A DNA stretch of 64,000 bases, taken from a bacterium (GTDB lineage: Bacteria > Pseudomonadota > Alphaproteobacteria > Caulobacterales > Hyphomonadaceae). Shown here piece by piece: positions 18,881 through 27,477 of this stretch. The stretch spans positions 117,206-181,205 of the forward strand of contig WGML01000009.1 of the NCBI GenBank assembly GCA_016125045.1, given 5' to 3'. A program made the position numbers and the translations under genes. Each line of letters opens with the position of its first letter. Position 1 is the stretch's first letter. Below the pieces are notes generated by a model. That model was not told the DNA's origin and made no database searches. It saw only the letters and a program-made list of their open reading frames with translations.

Positions 18881-19417
18881 ATGTCAACACCGCGCCGATC
18901 TCCTTCGGTCTACCTGATCGTGGCCCTCGCCTGCACGATCGCGACCGCCTGTTCGCAGGGCGAACAAGGCGTCGTCGCCGGTCCTGAGGGCAATCCGGTG
19001 ATCTCGCTCTCGGAGGGTGCGTGCATGGGCACCTGTCCGGTTTATGACATGACGCTGCGGCCCGACGGCGCTTTCATTCTCCATGGCCAGCGGTTCGTGC
19101 GGTCGACCGGCGTGAGCGAAGGCGCGCTCGGCCCGGACGCCTGGAGCGAGGCGGAAGCGGTTCTCGTCCGCGCGGACTTCTGGAAGATGCGCAAGACACA
19201 GACCCCGGAGACGCTTCCCAACTGCGTCACCGATGCGCCAACCGCGCTGATCACCTGGCGCACGCCCGAGGGCAAGGAAAAGACCGTCACCTATGACGCC
19301 GGGTGCGACATGCCGAAAACGCGCCAGATGGTCGCCGATCTGCGCAGGGCGCTCGGGTTCGACACCCTCGTGTGGACCGACGAGCGGTTCGTGCCGCCGG
19401 CGCCCGACTCCCGCTAG
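18881..19417 (+). CDS. Lipoprotein (resembles DUF6438; CxGxCPVY motif)
   Basis: Lipobox LIVALACTIATAC. Motif EGACMGTCPVYDMTLRPDGAF. Confidence 0.6.
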   Translation: MSTPRRSPSVYLIVALACTIATACSQGEQGVVAGPEGNPVISLSEGACMGTCPVYDMTLRPDGAFILHGQRFVRSTGVSEGALGPDAWSEAEAVLVRADFWKMRKTQTPETLPNCVTDAPTALITWRTPEGKEKTVTYDAGCDMPKTRQMVADLRRALGFDTLVWTDERFVPPAPDSR

Positions 19418-19430
19418 GGCGACGCTTCGG

Positions 19431-19898
19431 CTAGCGGTTCTCGTCGAGATATTTGCGCACCCGCTCCAGCACCGGCGTCACCATCTTCACCTCCTCGAGC
19501 GAGATCACCCCGAAGAGACCGGCAAGACCGGGGCCGGTGGCGGCGATGCCGTCATCCTGCGCGCGCCGGCCAGCCGCCGTGATCGAGACCACCTTGCCGC
19601 GGCCATCCAGCGGGTCCGGCTCGATGGTGACAAAGCCCGCGGCTTCAAGCTTCTGCAGCGTGTTGGTCATCGCCCCCTTCGTCACCTGAAAGGCGGCCGC
19701 GAGCGCGCTCGGCGAGTTGGGGTTCTTCACTCGAACAAGATTTCCGAGCACCGAGAACTGCGAGACCGTCAGCCCATGCGGAAGCAGCCGCTCAAGGCGA
19801 TTGGACGAGAGCTGGCTGATGATGCCGATCTCCTTCAACAGGTTGAAGTAGAGCCGGGCCGCATCCATTCGGACATCGGGGGGAAAGTCAGGCTTCAT
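19431..19898 (-). CDS. MarR family transcriptional regulator
   Basis: The winged-HTH core LTVSQFSVLGNLV...SPSALAAAFQVTKGAMTNTLQKLEAAGFVTIEPDPLDGRGKVV is present. The exact start is uncertain. Confidence 0.85.
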   Translation of the reverse strand: MKPDFPPDVRMDAARLYFNLLKEIGIISQLSSNRLERLLPHGLTVSQFSVLGNLVRVKNPNSPSALAAAFQVTKGAMTNTLQKLEAAGFVTIEPDPLDGRGKVVSITAAGRRAQDDGIAATGPGLAGLFGVISLEEVKMVTPVLERVRKYLDENR

Positions 19899-19908
19899 CT
19901 CGGTCCGA

Positions 19909-21051
19909 TCAGGTGATGAGAAGGGATGCAGGGTCGCGGCGCGGGGCGTGCGCCGCCTTGGGAGCAAACCCCACCCGCACCAGCATCTGCACCGTCCCGC
20001 CCTCGCCCAGCAAGTTGTGCGCCTCATCATAGTGGGCCGCCATTTCAGGATATTCCTGCAAGGTCTGGCTCCAGGGATGAACGGCGAGCCCCAGTTCGGC
20101 GATCTTCAGCGTCATTCGCGCATAGGCCCGCCCGGCGGCGATCTGATCGGCGCGCGTGTTGCCGGCGGTCGTCATCCAGGCGAACGCCTGCGCAGAATAG
20201 GCGCGCGCGCGAAACATCTCCATACCCTGCTGAAACGCGCTCGTTGATGGATCAAGCATCGCCTCGGGGGTGACGATCCCGAGGGCCACCATCCCCTCGA
20301 TGAACGGCCCTTCGAGAAACAGGCCGTCGCGGTGCGCGTCGATCTGCCGGCGGCCGATCCGCATGAGATCGACGCTCTCCTTCATGGTCTCATAGGTCAG
20401 GCTCTCGACTTCGTGCCCGGCCCAGGTGAGGTCGCGCAGACGCGCCACCATCGCCGGCTCCGACGATGTGCGCGCGGCGACCGGCCCGACGGTTCCAGCC
20501 TCTGCAATCGCCGCGAGGTCCGCGGCGGCGGGCGTCTTCGCGGTGTAGACCTCGCGATTGGTCAGCCGCTTCAGGACGTGGTCGAAGGCCGGATCGCGCA
20601 CGGCGCCGCCCGAGACGAACCGCACCTGCGCAACGGGCCTTGAGTCGAGCCGAGGCTGCGGCTCACCGTCCGGAAACAGCGAGATGTCGGCTCGATATCC
20701 CTCCGCCGCGGCCGCGATCGACAGGAGTTCGAGAAAGGCTCCGCATCCGATTGTGATCTGCCGGTCGAACGGATCGGTCGCCGGCAAGAGCCGATCCAGG
20801 TCGCAATAGAGGCTGAGCGCATCGTCCCCGTCGAGACGGACCAGCCAGGGCTGGCGATTGTGGGGATTGGGGGCGAGGATCGCGTAGGACAGGAAGCGCT
20901 CGCGCAGTCCCTCGGCCTCGCCCGCCTCCCGCCACGGCGCCCGCGCGAGGGTTGATGGTCGCGTCGAGAGGTAGAAACCACTTGCGCCAGCCGTCGCGGC
21001 CAGCACCACGCCGCCGCCGATCAGGCGAAGAACATTGCGTCTTGAGGTCAT
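19909..21051 (-). CDS. Tat-exported nitroreductase-fold (Acg-like) FMN oxidoreductase
   Basis: The ATG at 21051 gives the Tat signal MTSRRNVLRLIGGGVVLAATAGA. ILAPNPHNRQPW is typical of the nitroreductase fold. Confidence 0.7.
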   Translation of the reverse strand: MTSRRNVLRLIGGGVVLAATAGASGFYLSTRPSTLARAPWREAGEAEGLRERFLSYAILAPNPHNRQPWLVRLDGDDALSLYCDLDRLLPATDPFDRQITIGCGAFLELLSIAAAAEGYRADISLFPDGEPQPRLDSRPVAQVRFVSGGAVRDPAFDHVLKRLTNREVYTAKTPAAADLAAIAEAGTVGPVAARTSSEPAMVARLRDLTWAGHEVESLTYETMKESVDLMRIGRRQIDAHRDGLFLEGPFIEGMVALGIVTPEAMLDPSTSAFQQGMEMFRARAYSAQAFAWMTTAGNTRADQIAAGRAYARMTLKIAELGLAVHPWSQTLQEYPEMAAHYDEAHNLLGEGGTVQMLVRVGFAPKAAHAPRRDPASLLIT

Positions 21052-21794
21052 TGGGCTGCTCCGTCGTTTGCAAATTGGCGTCCGCCGGCGGTTTGGGTCA
21101 ACGGCCGCACCGCCCGGACCAGAAGGACCACACCCACCGCCGCGACCCACAGGAACATCGCGGTAGTTGCGATCGTGGTGTCGACCGGCGAGGTGACGCC
21201 CACCAGCCGCAGCGGCGGCATCATCGCCGACACCGCCGCCGGAAAGGCGATCCAGCCAAGCCAGGCGGGCAGCCCGCGATCTTTCAGGATCAGCACACCG
21301 ACGAGCAGCAGCCACATGCCGGCGAAAATGCCGACGCCGACATCCTCGCCGACCGATCCGCCATGCGCGTTGAGCGCAAGTTGCGTGGCCTCGATCGCAT
21401 AGCGCTCCATCGAACCCGGAGGCGCTGCGACCCACGCATCCGCCAGTTCCGACGACCCGGTGAGCCAGCGCACGATCCCGATGGCGCGGCCGAGCGCGGA
21501 GGCGGCCGCAAGGGCGATCGCGGAGGCGGCGAGCGCGCCAACCGGTCGCCCGCCCCTGGCGAGCCCGACGATCAGCGCGCCGGACAGGGCGAACGCGAGC
21601 GACCAGAGAAGATAGAGCCCATAACCCAGCCGGACGGCGGATTCCTGCTCCGCGATCAGCGGCAGGGCCTCAGCGGGGGCGAGGTCGAGGCTCGCCGGCC
21701 AATCGATCGCCGCGCCGAGGATCGCCATGGGAACGAAGATGAAGAACGCCTGAAACATCAGGAACACGAAGCCCGCGAGGTAAGCGGTGCGCAT
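21048..21794 (-). CDS. Integral membrane protein (DUF4386-like)
   Basis: The ATG at 21794 follows an AAGGAGG Shine-Dalgarno site. About 6 TM segments. ATGA overlap with the downstream gene. Confidence 0.65.
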   Translation of the reverse strand: MRTAYLAGFVFLMFQAFFIFVPMAILGAAIDWPASLDLAPAEALPLIAEQESAVRLGYGLYLLWSLAFALSGALIVGLARGGRPVGALAASAIALAAASALGRAIGIVRWLTGSSELADAWVAAPPGSMERYAIEATQLALNAHGGSVGEDVGVGIFAGMWLLLVGVLILKDRGLPAWLGWIAFPAAVSAMMPPLRLVGVTSPVDTTIATTAMFLWVAAVGVVLLVRAVRPLTQTAGGRQFANDGAAQ

Positions 21795-21925
21795 GACTGG
21801 CCTCCTTGAGGCGTCGGTCGAAACGATCAACCGACGCGCGTTGGCTGTGACGTGAGGTGTCTGTCTGGTTCACGGTTGTCGCGGTGTCGGCGGAACCGGA
21901 CCGCGACCGGACCGCGAGACGAGCT

Positions 21926-22054
21926 TCAGGCCGTCGTCACGACTTCGGCGGAGCGGGCGGCCAGATTTGCGTCGTGCGCCGAACTCATGGGCGCGAGCAG
22001 CAGGACGGCGGGGAAGGCCATCAGGGCGAAAGCGAGTGCGAGCATCGAGCGCAT
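21926..22054 (-). CDS. Small secreted-peptide ORF (42 aa; below the ORF-track cutoff)
   Basis: My translation is MRSMLALAFALMAFPAVLLLAPMSSAHDANLAARSAEVVTTA*. An AAGGAGA Shine-Dalgarno site lies 7 nt upstream. The N-terminus looks like a signal peptide. Confidence 0.45.
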   Translation of the reverse strand: MRSMLALAFALMAFPAVLLLAPMSSAHDANLAARSAEVVTTA

Positions 22055-22169
22055 GGGCGGTCTCCTTGGCTGGTCCGGCGCGGGGGGCCGGGCGGGGGTT
22101 GATTGAGCGAACTCGTTTCGTTCAACACCGAACTATTTAGTTTATATTTAAACCATATGCAAGCGGTAT

Positions 22170-22183
22170 TTGTTCAACATCAA
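22170..22183. promoter_or_regulatory. FNR/FixK-type box candidate
   Basis: TTGTTcaacATCAA against the consensus TTGAT-N4-ATCAA is a 9/10 match. It sits inside a 35%-GC island about 110 nt upstream of the HIG1-like gene. Confidence 0.45.
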
Positions 22184-22288
22184 ACTTTTTTCAGCGATGG
22201 ATGTCAGGCGCCTGGCGCCCGCTCAGCCGCGCGGCGGCGGGCGCGACCGCTTGGCCTCTGGCGCATTCCGGCGGACGGGTCTAAGGCG

Positions 22289-22498
22289 ATGCGCATGCAG
22301 CAGACCCTCACCTATGCACTCTATGGGGCCATCGCGGCCGTGACGATCGTCCTCGCGCTCGGCATCCTCAACCTGTTCAGGACCGACGCAAAAGCGCGGA
22401 CGCGATCGAACCAGCTCATGCGCCTTCGCGTGGCGGTGCAGTTCGTCGCGATCCTCATCCTTGTCGCGCTGGGATGGGCGGCGGGCGTCCTGCGCTAG
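22289..22498 (+). CDS. Twin-transmembrane-helix small protein (HIG1/hypoxia-induced domain)
   Basis: 69 aa with two TM helices. The linker ...RSNQLMRLRVAVQFVAILILV matches the bacterial HIG_1_N pattern (SN.LMR.RV..Q). Confidence 0.75.
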   Translation: MRMQQTLTYALYGAIAAVTIVLALGILNLFRTDAKARTRSNQLMRLRVAVQFVAILILVALGWAAGVLR

Positions 22499-22546
22499 CG
22501 CCGCCAAGGCTTGCGCCGGCCTCGCAGATTTCCGACAACACGCGCC

Positions 22547-23125
22547 ATGGTCACGCTCAACAAGATCTACACGCGCACCGGCGACGACGGCACGACTGGC
22601 CTCGCCACGGGTGAGCGCGTCCCGAAATGGAGCCTGCGCGTCGAGGCGAACGGCGCCGTCGACGAGACGAACGCGGTGATCGGGGTCTGCCGGCTTCATT
22701 GCCGCGCGGATCCGGACCTCGACGCCATGCTTGGGCGTATCCAGAATGACCTGTTCGACCTCGGGGCCGACATCGCAACGCCCGAGCGCGACAAGCCGCT
22801 CGGCTGGACGCCGCTGCGCATCGTCGAGGCGCAGGTGACGCGGCTCGAGGCAGAGATCGACGCCGTCAACGCCGCGATCCCGCCCCTCGACAGTTTCGTG
22901 CTGCCCGCCGGGTCCGCCCTCGCCGCCCACCTCCATGTGGCGCGCACGGTCGCCCGACGCGCCGAGCGGGCGGTGGTGCGGCTTGCAGGCGATCCCGCCG
23001 AACGCGTGTCCGCCCCGGCCGTCGCCTATATCAACCGACTGTCCGATTTTCTGTTCGTCGCGGCGCGACGCGCCAACGAGAACGGCGCATCGGACGTGAA
23101 ATGGGTTCCAGGAGCGAATCGTTAG
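22547..23125 (+). CDS. PduO-type ATP:cob(I)alamin adenosyltransferase
   Basis: MVTLNKIYTRTGDDGTTGL...VDETNAVIG...QNDLFDLGADIA...YINRLSDFLFVAAR. Confidence 0.9.
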   Translation: MVTLNKIYTRTGDDGTTGLATGERVPKWSLRVEANGAVDETNAVIGVCRLHCRADPDLDAMLGRIQNDLFDLGADIATPERDKPLGWTPLRIVEAQVTRLEAEIDAVNAAIPPLDSFVLPAGSALAAHLHVARTVARRAERAVVRLAGDPAERVSAPAVAYINRLSDFLFVAARRANENGASDVKWVPGANR

Positions 23126-23177
23126 GCTCCCGCAACGGGCGACGATGCGCATGACGCTGCGGGCGGTGCGCACCCGC

Positions 23178-23771
23178 TTACCAGACCATCGGAATGAAGC
23201 ATTTCACGCGGCGTGAATAATCTTCGTAGGCCTGTCCGAACGTCTCCCGCAGCAGCCTCTCCTCGATGCGGACGCGCCATAACGTGCCGATCACATAGAC
23301 CGGGACGGCCGCGATGAGGTTGATCGCATGGCCCAGCGCCATGCTCAGCGCGCACACCATGCCGAAAAGGGCCACATAGATCGGGTTGCGCACGATCGCG
23401 AAGGGACCATCCTGAACCAGCGTATGACCCGCGCGCGTGCGCGCCGCGAGGCTCCAGTTCGCGCCCATCGTCGCCGTCGACCACGCGAAGAGCCCGACCG
23501 AAAGCGCCGCGAGCGTTGCCGGAACGCCTGCACTGATCCAGTCCGCCCGGCTGACCGGGCCGCCGAAATGCACCCCGCCCATCCAGGCGAGCCCCATGGC
23601 GAGGCCCTGCAGCGCCATGCCGAAGGTCGAGCCAACATCGCGCCGCGCCGTGGTTGTCGAGCCGTCGGCGGACATCCGCATACGCAACACCATCGCCGCG
23701 AACCCCATCCCGCACAGCAGGACGGCCGACAAGGCGACCATATTGCCCGGTGTGTGAAACGGCATGTGCAC
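23178..23771 (-). CDS. Isoprenylcysteine carboxyl methyltransferase (ICMT/PEMT)-family membrane methyltransferase
   Basis: Multiple TM segments. C-terminal motif LVQDGPFAIVRNPIYVALF...RIEERLLRETFGQAYEDY. Confidence 0.8.
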   Translation of the reverse strand: MHMPFHTPGNMVALSAVLLCGMGFAAMVLRMRMSADGSTTTARRDVGSTFGMALQGLAMGLAWMGGVHFGGPVSRADWISAGVPATLAALSVGLFAWSTATMGANWSLAARTRAGHTLVQDGPFAIVRNPIYVALFGMVCALSMALGHAINLIAAVPVYVIGTLWRVRIEERLLRETFGQAYEDYSRRVKCFIPMVW

Positions 23772-24014
23772 TCCCTGTCAACCGCACGCAGGCGTGGAAG
23801 CGCCCAACCAGACGGCGAACCCCAATGGTCACAATCGCCCGGCGGGACGCAAGATCGCGACACGTCGCCCATCTGGCGCCACGAAACTTGATTTGCGGGG
23901 CGCACCCCCATAACAGAAGTCCAGTCCATGAGTCCGAAGACACGGGCGCGCGACCCCCCGCGCGGCTGCATCGACGGGCGACAAGCTGGTTGCGAACCGA
24001 TTGGAGACGCCGTC

Positions 24015-24761
24015 ATGAAGGTGCTCGTGCCCGTGAAGCGGGTGATCGACTACAACGTCCGCCCGCGCGTGAAGCCGGATGGCACGGGCGTCGACCTCGC
24101 CAACGTGAAGATGGCGATGAACCCGTTCTGCGAAATCTCGATCGAGGAGGCGGTCCGGCTGAAGGAAAAGGGCGTCGCGACGGAGATTGTCGTCGTGTCG
24201 ATCGGGCCGCAGCAGGCGCAGGAGACGATACGCGTCGGTCTCGCCATGGGCGGTGATCGGGGCATCCTCGTCCAGACCGACCAGACGGTCGAGCCGCTGG
24301 CGGTCGCCAAAATCCTCAAGGCCATCGTCGACGCCGAACAGCCGGGCCTCGTGATCACCGGCAAGCAGGCGATCGATGACGACGCCAACCAGACCGGACA
24401 GATGCTCGCGGCGCTGCTTGGCTGGCCCCAGGGCACGTTCGCGTCAGAGATCGTCAAGGACGGCGACAAGCTGAAGGTCACGCGGGAAGTCGACGGCGGA
24501 CTGCAGACCGTGGCGCTCAACCTACCGGCCGTGGTCACCACCGACCTCCGCCTCAACGAGCCGCGCTTCGCCTCGCTGCCCAACATCATGAAGGCGAAGC
24601 AGAAGAAGATCGACATGAAGACGCCGGCCGACTACGGCGTCGACATCGCGCCCCGCCTCGCGGTCGTGAAGGTCGCAGAGCCCAGGAAGCGCGAAGCCGG
24701 CGAAAAGGTCGCCGACGTCGACACGCTGATCTCGAAACTCAAGACCGCCGGAGCGATCTGA
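24015..24761 (+). CDS. etfB: Electron transfer flavoprotein beta subunit
   Basis: [51 protein letters not shown]... Confidence 0.95.
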   Translation: MKVLVPVKRVIDYNVRPRVKPDGTGVDLANVKMAMNPFCEISIEEAVRLKEKGVATEIVVVSIGPQQAQETIRVGLAMGGDRGILVQTDQTVEPLAVAKILKAIVDAEQPGLVITGKQAIDDDANQTGQMLAALLGWPQGTFASEIVKDGDKLKVTREVDGGLQTVALNLPAVVTTDLRLNEPRFASLPNIMKAKQKKIDMKTPADYGVDIAPRLAVVKVAEPRKREAGEKVADVDTLISKLKTAGAI

Positions 24762-24762
24762 C

Positions 24763-25692
24763 ATGGCCGTTCTCGTAATCGCCGAACACTCCAACGCCGC
24801 ACTCAACGACGCCACCGCGAAAACCGTTTCCGCCGCCAAGGCTTTCGGCGGCGACATCGATGTGCTGGTGGCCGGTCACAACGCCGGAGCCGCGGCCGCT
24901 GCGGCGGCGAAGATCGCCGGCGTCCGCAAGGTGCTGCACGCGGACGGACCGGCCTTCGAAAAGCAGATCGCCGAAGCCATGGAAGCGCTCATCGTTCCGC
25001 TCATGGCGGGCTATGACGCGCTCTTCGCCCCGGCTTCCACCTCCGGCAAGAATTACGCGCCGCGCATCGCCGCCCGGCTCGACATCATGCAGCTGTCGGA
25101 CATTTCCGCCGTCATCGACAAGGACACGTTCGAACGCCCGATCTACGCCGGCAACGCCATCATGACAGTGAAGTCCGCCGACGCGAAGAAAGTCATCACC
25201 GTGCGCGGGACCGCCTATCCGGCTGCGGCGGACGGCGGCTCGGCTGCCGTCGAGACGATCGCCGCGCCCGCCGGGCCGTTCGCCGCCGCCTTCGTTTCGG
25301 AAGAGCTGTCGAAATCAGACCGGCCGGAGCTCCAGTCGGCCAAGCGCGTGGTGTCCGGCGGTCGGGCGCTCGCCTCGGCCGAGCAGTTCCAGCAATACAT
25401 CCTGCCGCTCGCCGACAAGCTGAAAGCGGGCGTCGGCGCCTCCCGCGCCGCGGTCGACGCGGGCTATGCCCCGAACGACTACCAGGTCGGCCAGACCGGC
25501 AAGGTTGTGGCGCCGGAACTCTATGTCGCGATCGGCATTTCCGGCGCGATCCAGCACCTCGCCGGGATGAAGGACTCCAAGATCATCGTCGCCATCAACA
25601 AGGACGAGGAGGCCCCCATCTTCCAGGTGGCGGACTACGGCCTCGTCGGCGACCTGTTCAAGATCGTCCCGGAACTGACCGAGAAGCTGTAG
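24763..25692 (+). CDS. etfA: Electron transfer flavoprotein alpha subunit
   Basis: Immediately follows etfB. Motif ...[47 protein letters not shown]. Confidence 0.95.
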   Translation: MAVLVIAEHSNAALNDATAKTVSAAKAFGGDIDVLVAGHNAGAAAAAAAKIAGVRKVLHADGPAFEKQIAEAMEALIVPLMAGYDALFAPASTSGKNYAPRIAARLDIMQLSDISAVIDKDTFERPIYAGNAIMTVKSADAKKVITVRGTAYPAAADGGSAAVETIAAPAGPFAAAFVSEELSKSDRPELQSAKRVVSGGRALASAEQFQQYILPLADKLKAGVGASRAAVDAGYAPNDYQVGQTGKVVAPELYVAIGISGAIQHLAGMKDSKIIVAINKDEEAPIFQVADYGLVGDLFKIVPELTEKL

Positions 25693-25796
25693 GGGCCGGC
25701 CTGCCGCCGCAACATCACGCCGCACGGCCGCTGCTTGGCGGACGCGCGTTCGCATGATCTGGTGACGCCTCGTTCGGGATCGCGAGGGACAGGATC

Positions 25797-27308
25797 ATGC
25801 GTCTAGCCGAATTGCTCACCGCGGGCGTCGTCGCCTCGCTTCTCTCCGCCTGCGCCGCGGCGCCGCCGGAAACACCCTCGGTTCCCCATCCGACCGGCCG
25901 CCAGACCGGCTTCCAGCCGCCGACCGCGCCGCCCTCCGGCGCGACGCCAGTCGCCGCGGCCCCGCGCGAGGGCCCGCAGGACCTCGCCGCCTTTCGCGCG
26001 ATCTACAAGGAACTCATCGAGATCAACACCACGCTCTCGACCGGCGACTGCACCGAAGCGTCGCGCGCCATGGCGGCGCATCTCATCGCCGCGGGCTACC
26101 CTGAAGCCGATAGCCACGTCATGGTGCCGCCCGCCCGTCCGCGCGGCGGCAATCTCGTCTTCGACATTCCGGGCAAGGACCGCTCCCTCAAGCCGATCAT
26201 GCTCCTCGCCCATCTCGACGTCGTCGAGGCCCGGCGCGAGGACTGGGTGCGCGATCCCTTCGTGCTCACCGAGGAGGACGGCTATTTCTACGCCCGCGGC
26301 GCGATCGACGACAAGTCGATGGCGGCCATCTGGGTCGACATGCTGCTGCGTTTCAAGGAGGAGGGCTACACGCCGAACCAGGGGCTGAAACTGGTCCTCA
26401 CCTGCGGCGAGGAAAGCCCCAACGTCTATAACGGCGTGAAATACCTCATCGAGAACCACCGCCAGCTCGTCGACGCCGCCTATGCGCTGAACGAGGGCGG
26501 CGGCGGGCGGATCGACGCTGTGACCGGCAAGAAGGTCTATCATGGCGTCCAGGCCGGGGAGAAACTCTATCAGGATTTCCGCATCGAGGTGACGAACCCC
26601 GGCGGCCACTCCTCCCGCCCGGTGCCGGACAATGCCATCTACCGGCTCGCCGCGGGCCTCACCCGGATCTCGCGCCACACCTTCCCGACCGAGTTCAACG
26701 ACGCGACGCGCGGCTTCTTCGCGCGCATGGCGGACCTTGAGGGCGGCGACATCGGCGCCGACATGCGCGCGATCCTGCGTAACCCGCCCCACCCCGAGGC
26801 GCTCGCCCGCATCCGCCAGAACCCGAGCTACAACGCGATCCTCGGCACCACCTGCGTCGCGACCCAGCTTGAGGCGGGTCACGCCCCGAACGCCCTGCCC
26901 CAGCGGGCGGTCGCGAACGTCAACTGCCGCATCTTCCCCGGCCACCCGCCGGAGGACATCCGCGCGGAACTCGAGCGGATCGTCGCCGATCCCGAAGTGA
27001 AGGTGACGCTCGCCGATCCCCCCGAGACGCCCGGCGCGCCGCCCGCCCTCACGGGCGAACTGCTGGGTGTGATCGACCGCCTCACCGAGGAGATGTGGCC
27101 CGGCGTCCCCGTCATTCCGGCGATGGCGGCCGGGGCCACGGACGGGCGCTTCTTCACCCCGATCGGCATCCCGACCTATGGCGTCTCGGGCATTTTCACC
27201 GATCCCACCACCTCCAATGCGCACGGCCTCAATGAGCGGGTTGGCGTGAAGGAGCTCTATGAGGGACGGGAATTTCTCTACCGCCTGACGAAGGCGCTCG
27301 CGCGATAG
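25797..27308 (+). CDS. M20/M25/M40 family metallopeptidase, exported
   Basis: Lipobox ASLLSAC. Motifs LLAHLDVV, RGAIDDKS, CGEESP and NPGGHSS. Confidence 0.85.
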   Translation: MRLAELLTAGVVASLLSACAAAPPETPSVPHPTGRQTGFQPPTAPPSGATPVAAAPREGPQDLAAFRAIYKELIEINTTLSTGDCTEASRAMAAHLIAAGYPEADSHVMVPPARPRGGNLVFDIPGKDRSLKPIMLLAHLDVVEARREDWVRDPFVLTEEDGYFYARGAIDDKSMAAIWVDMLLRFKEEGYTPNQGLKLVLTCGEESPNVYNGVKYLIENHRQLVDAAYALNEGGGGRIDAVTGKKVYHGVQAGEKLYQDFRIEVTNPGGHSSRPVPDNAIYRLAAGLTRISRHTFPTEFNDATRGFFARMADLEGGDIGADMRAILRNPPHPEALARIRQNPSYNAILGTTCVATQLEAGHAPNALPQRAVANVNCRIFPGHPPEDIRAELERIVADPEVKVTLADPPETPGAPPALTGELLGVIDRLTEEMWPGVPVIPAMAAGATDGRFFTPIGIPTYGVSGIFTDPTTSNAHGLNERVGVKELYEGREFLYRLTKALAR

Positions 27309-27477
27309 GCGACATGGATGCGCACGTCGAGAAAGCGGGCCGGATGACCGCTCCCGCGCCGGGCGAGGGCGTCTTCCCTCGACGGACAAAGCCGCCTAGC
27401 ATCGTTGAAGACGACAGCTCCGGCGGCGGTATGGCCCGTCCGACAACAGGGGCGTCGATTCCAGGGAGAAAACGCGC

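Noticed and set aside
22109-22133. Alphaproteobacterial LexA (SOS) box
   Set aside because: The site is GAAC-N7-GTTC, an inverted repeat. The alphaproteobacterial LexA box is the direct repeat GAAC-N7-GAAC / GTTC-N7-GTTC. No DNA-repair gene is adjacent.
22499-22546. Cobalamin riboswitch ahead of the adenosyltransferase gene
   Set aside because: Only ~48 nt of spacer are available, far too short for a B12 element, and no B12-box-like sequence is seen.
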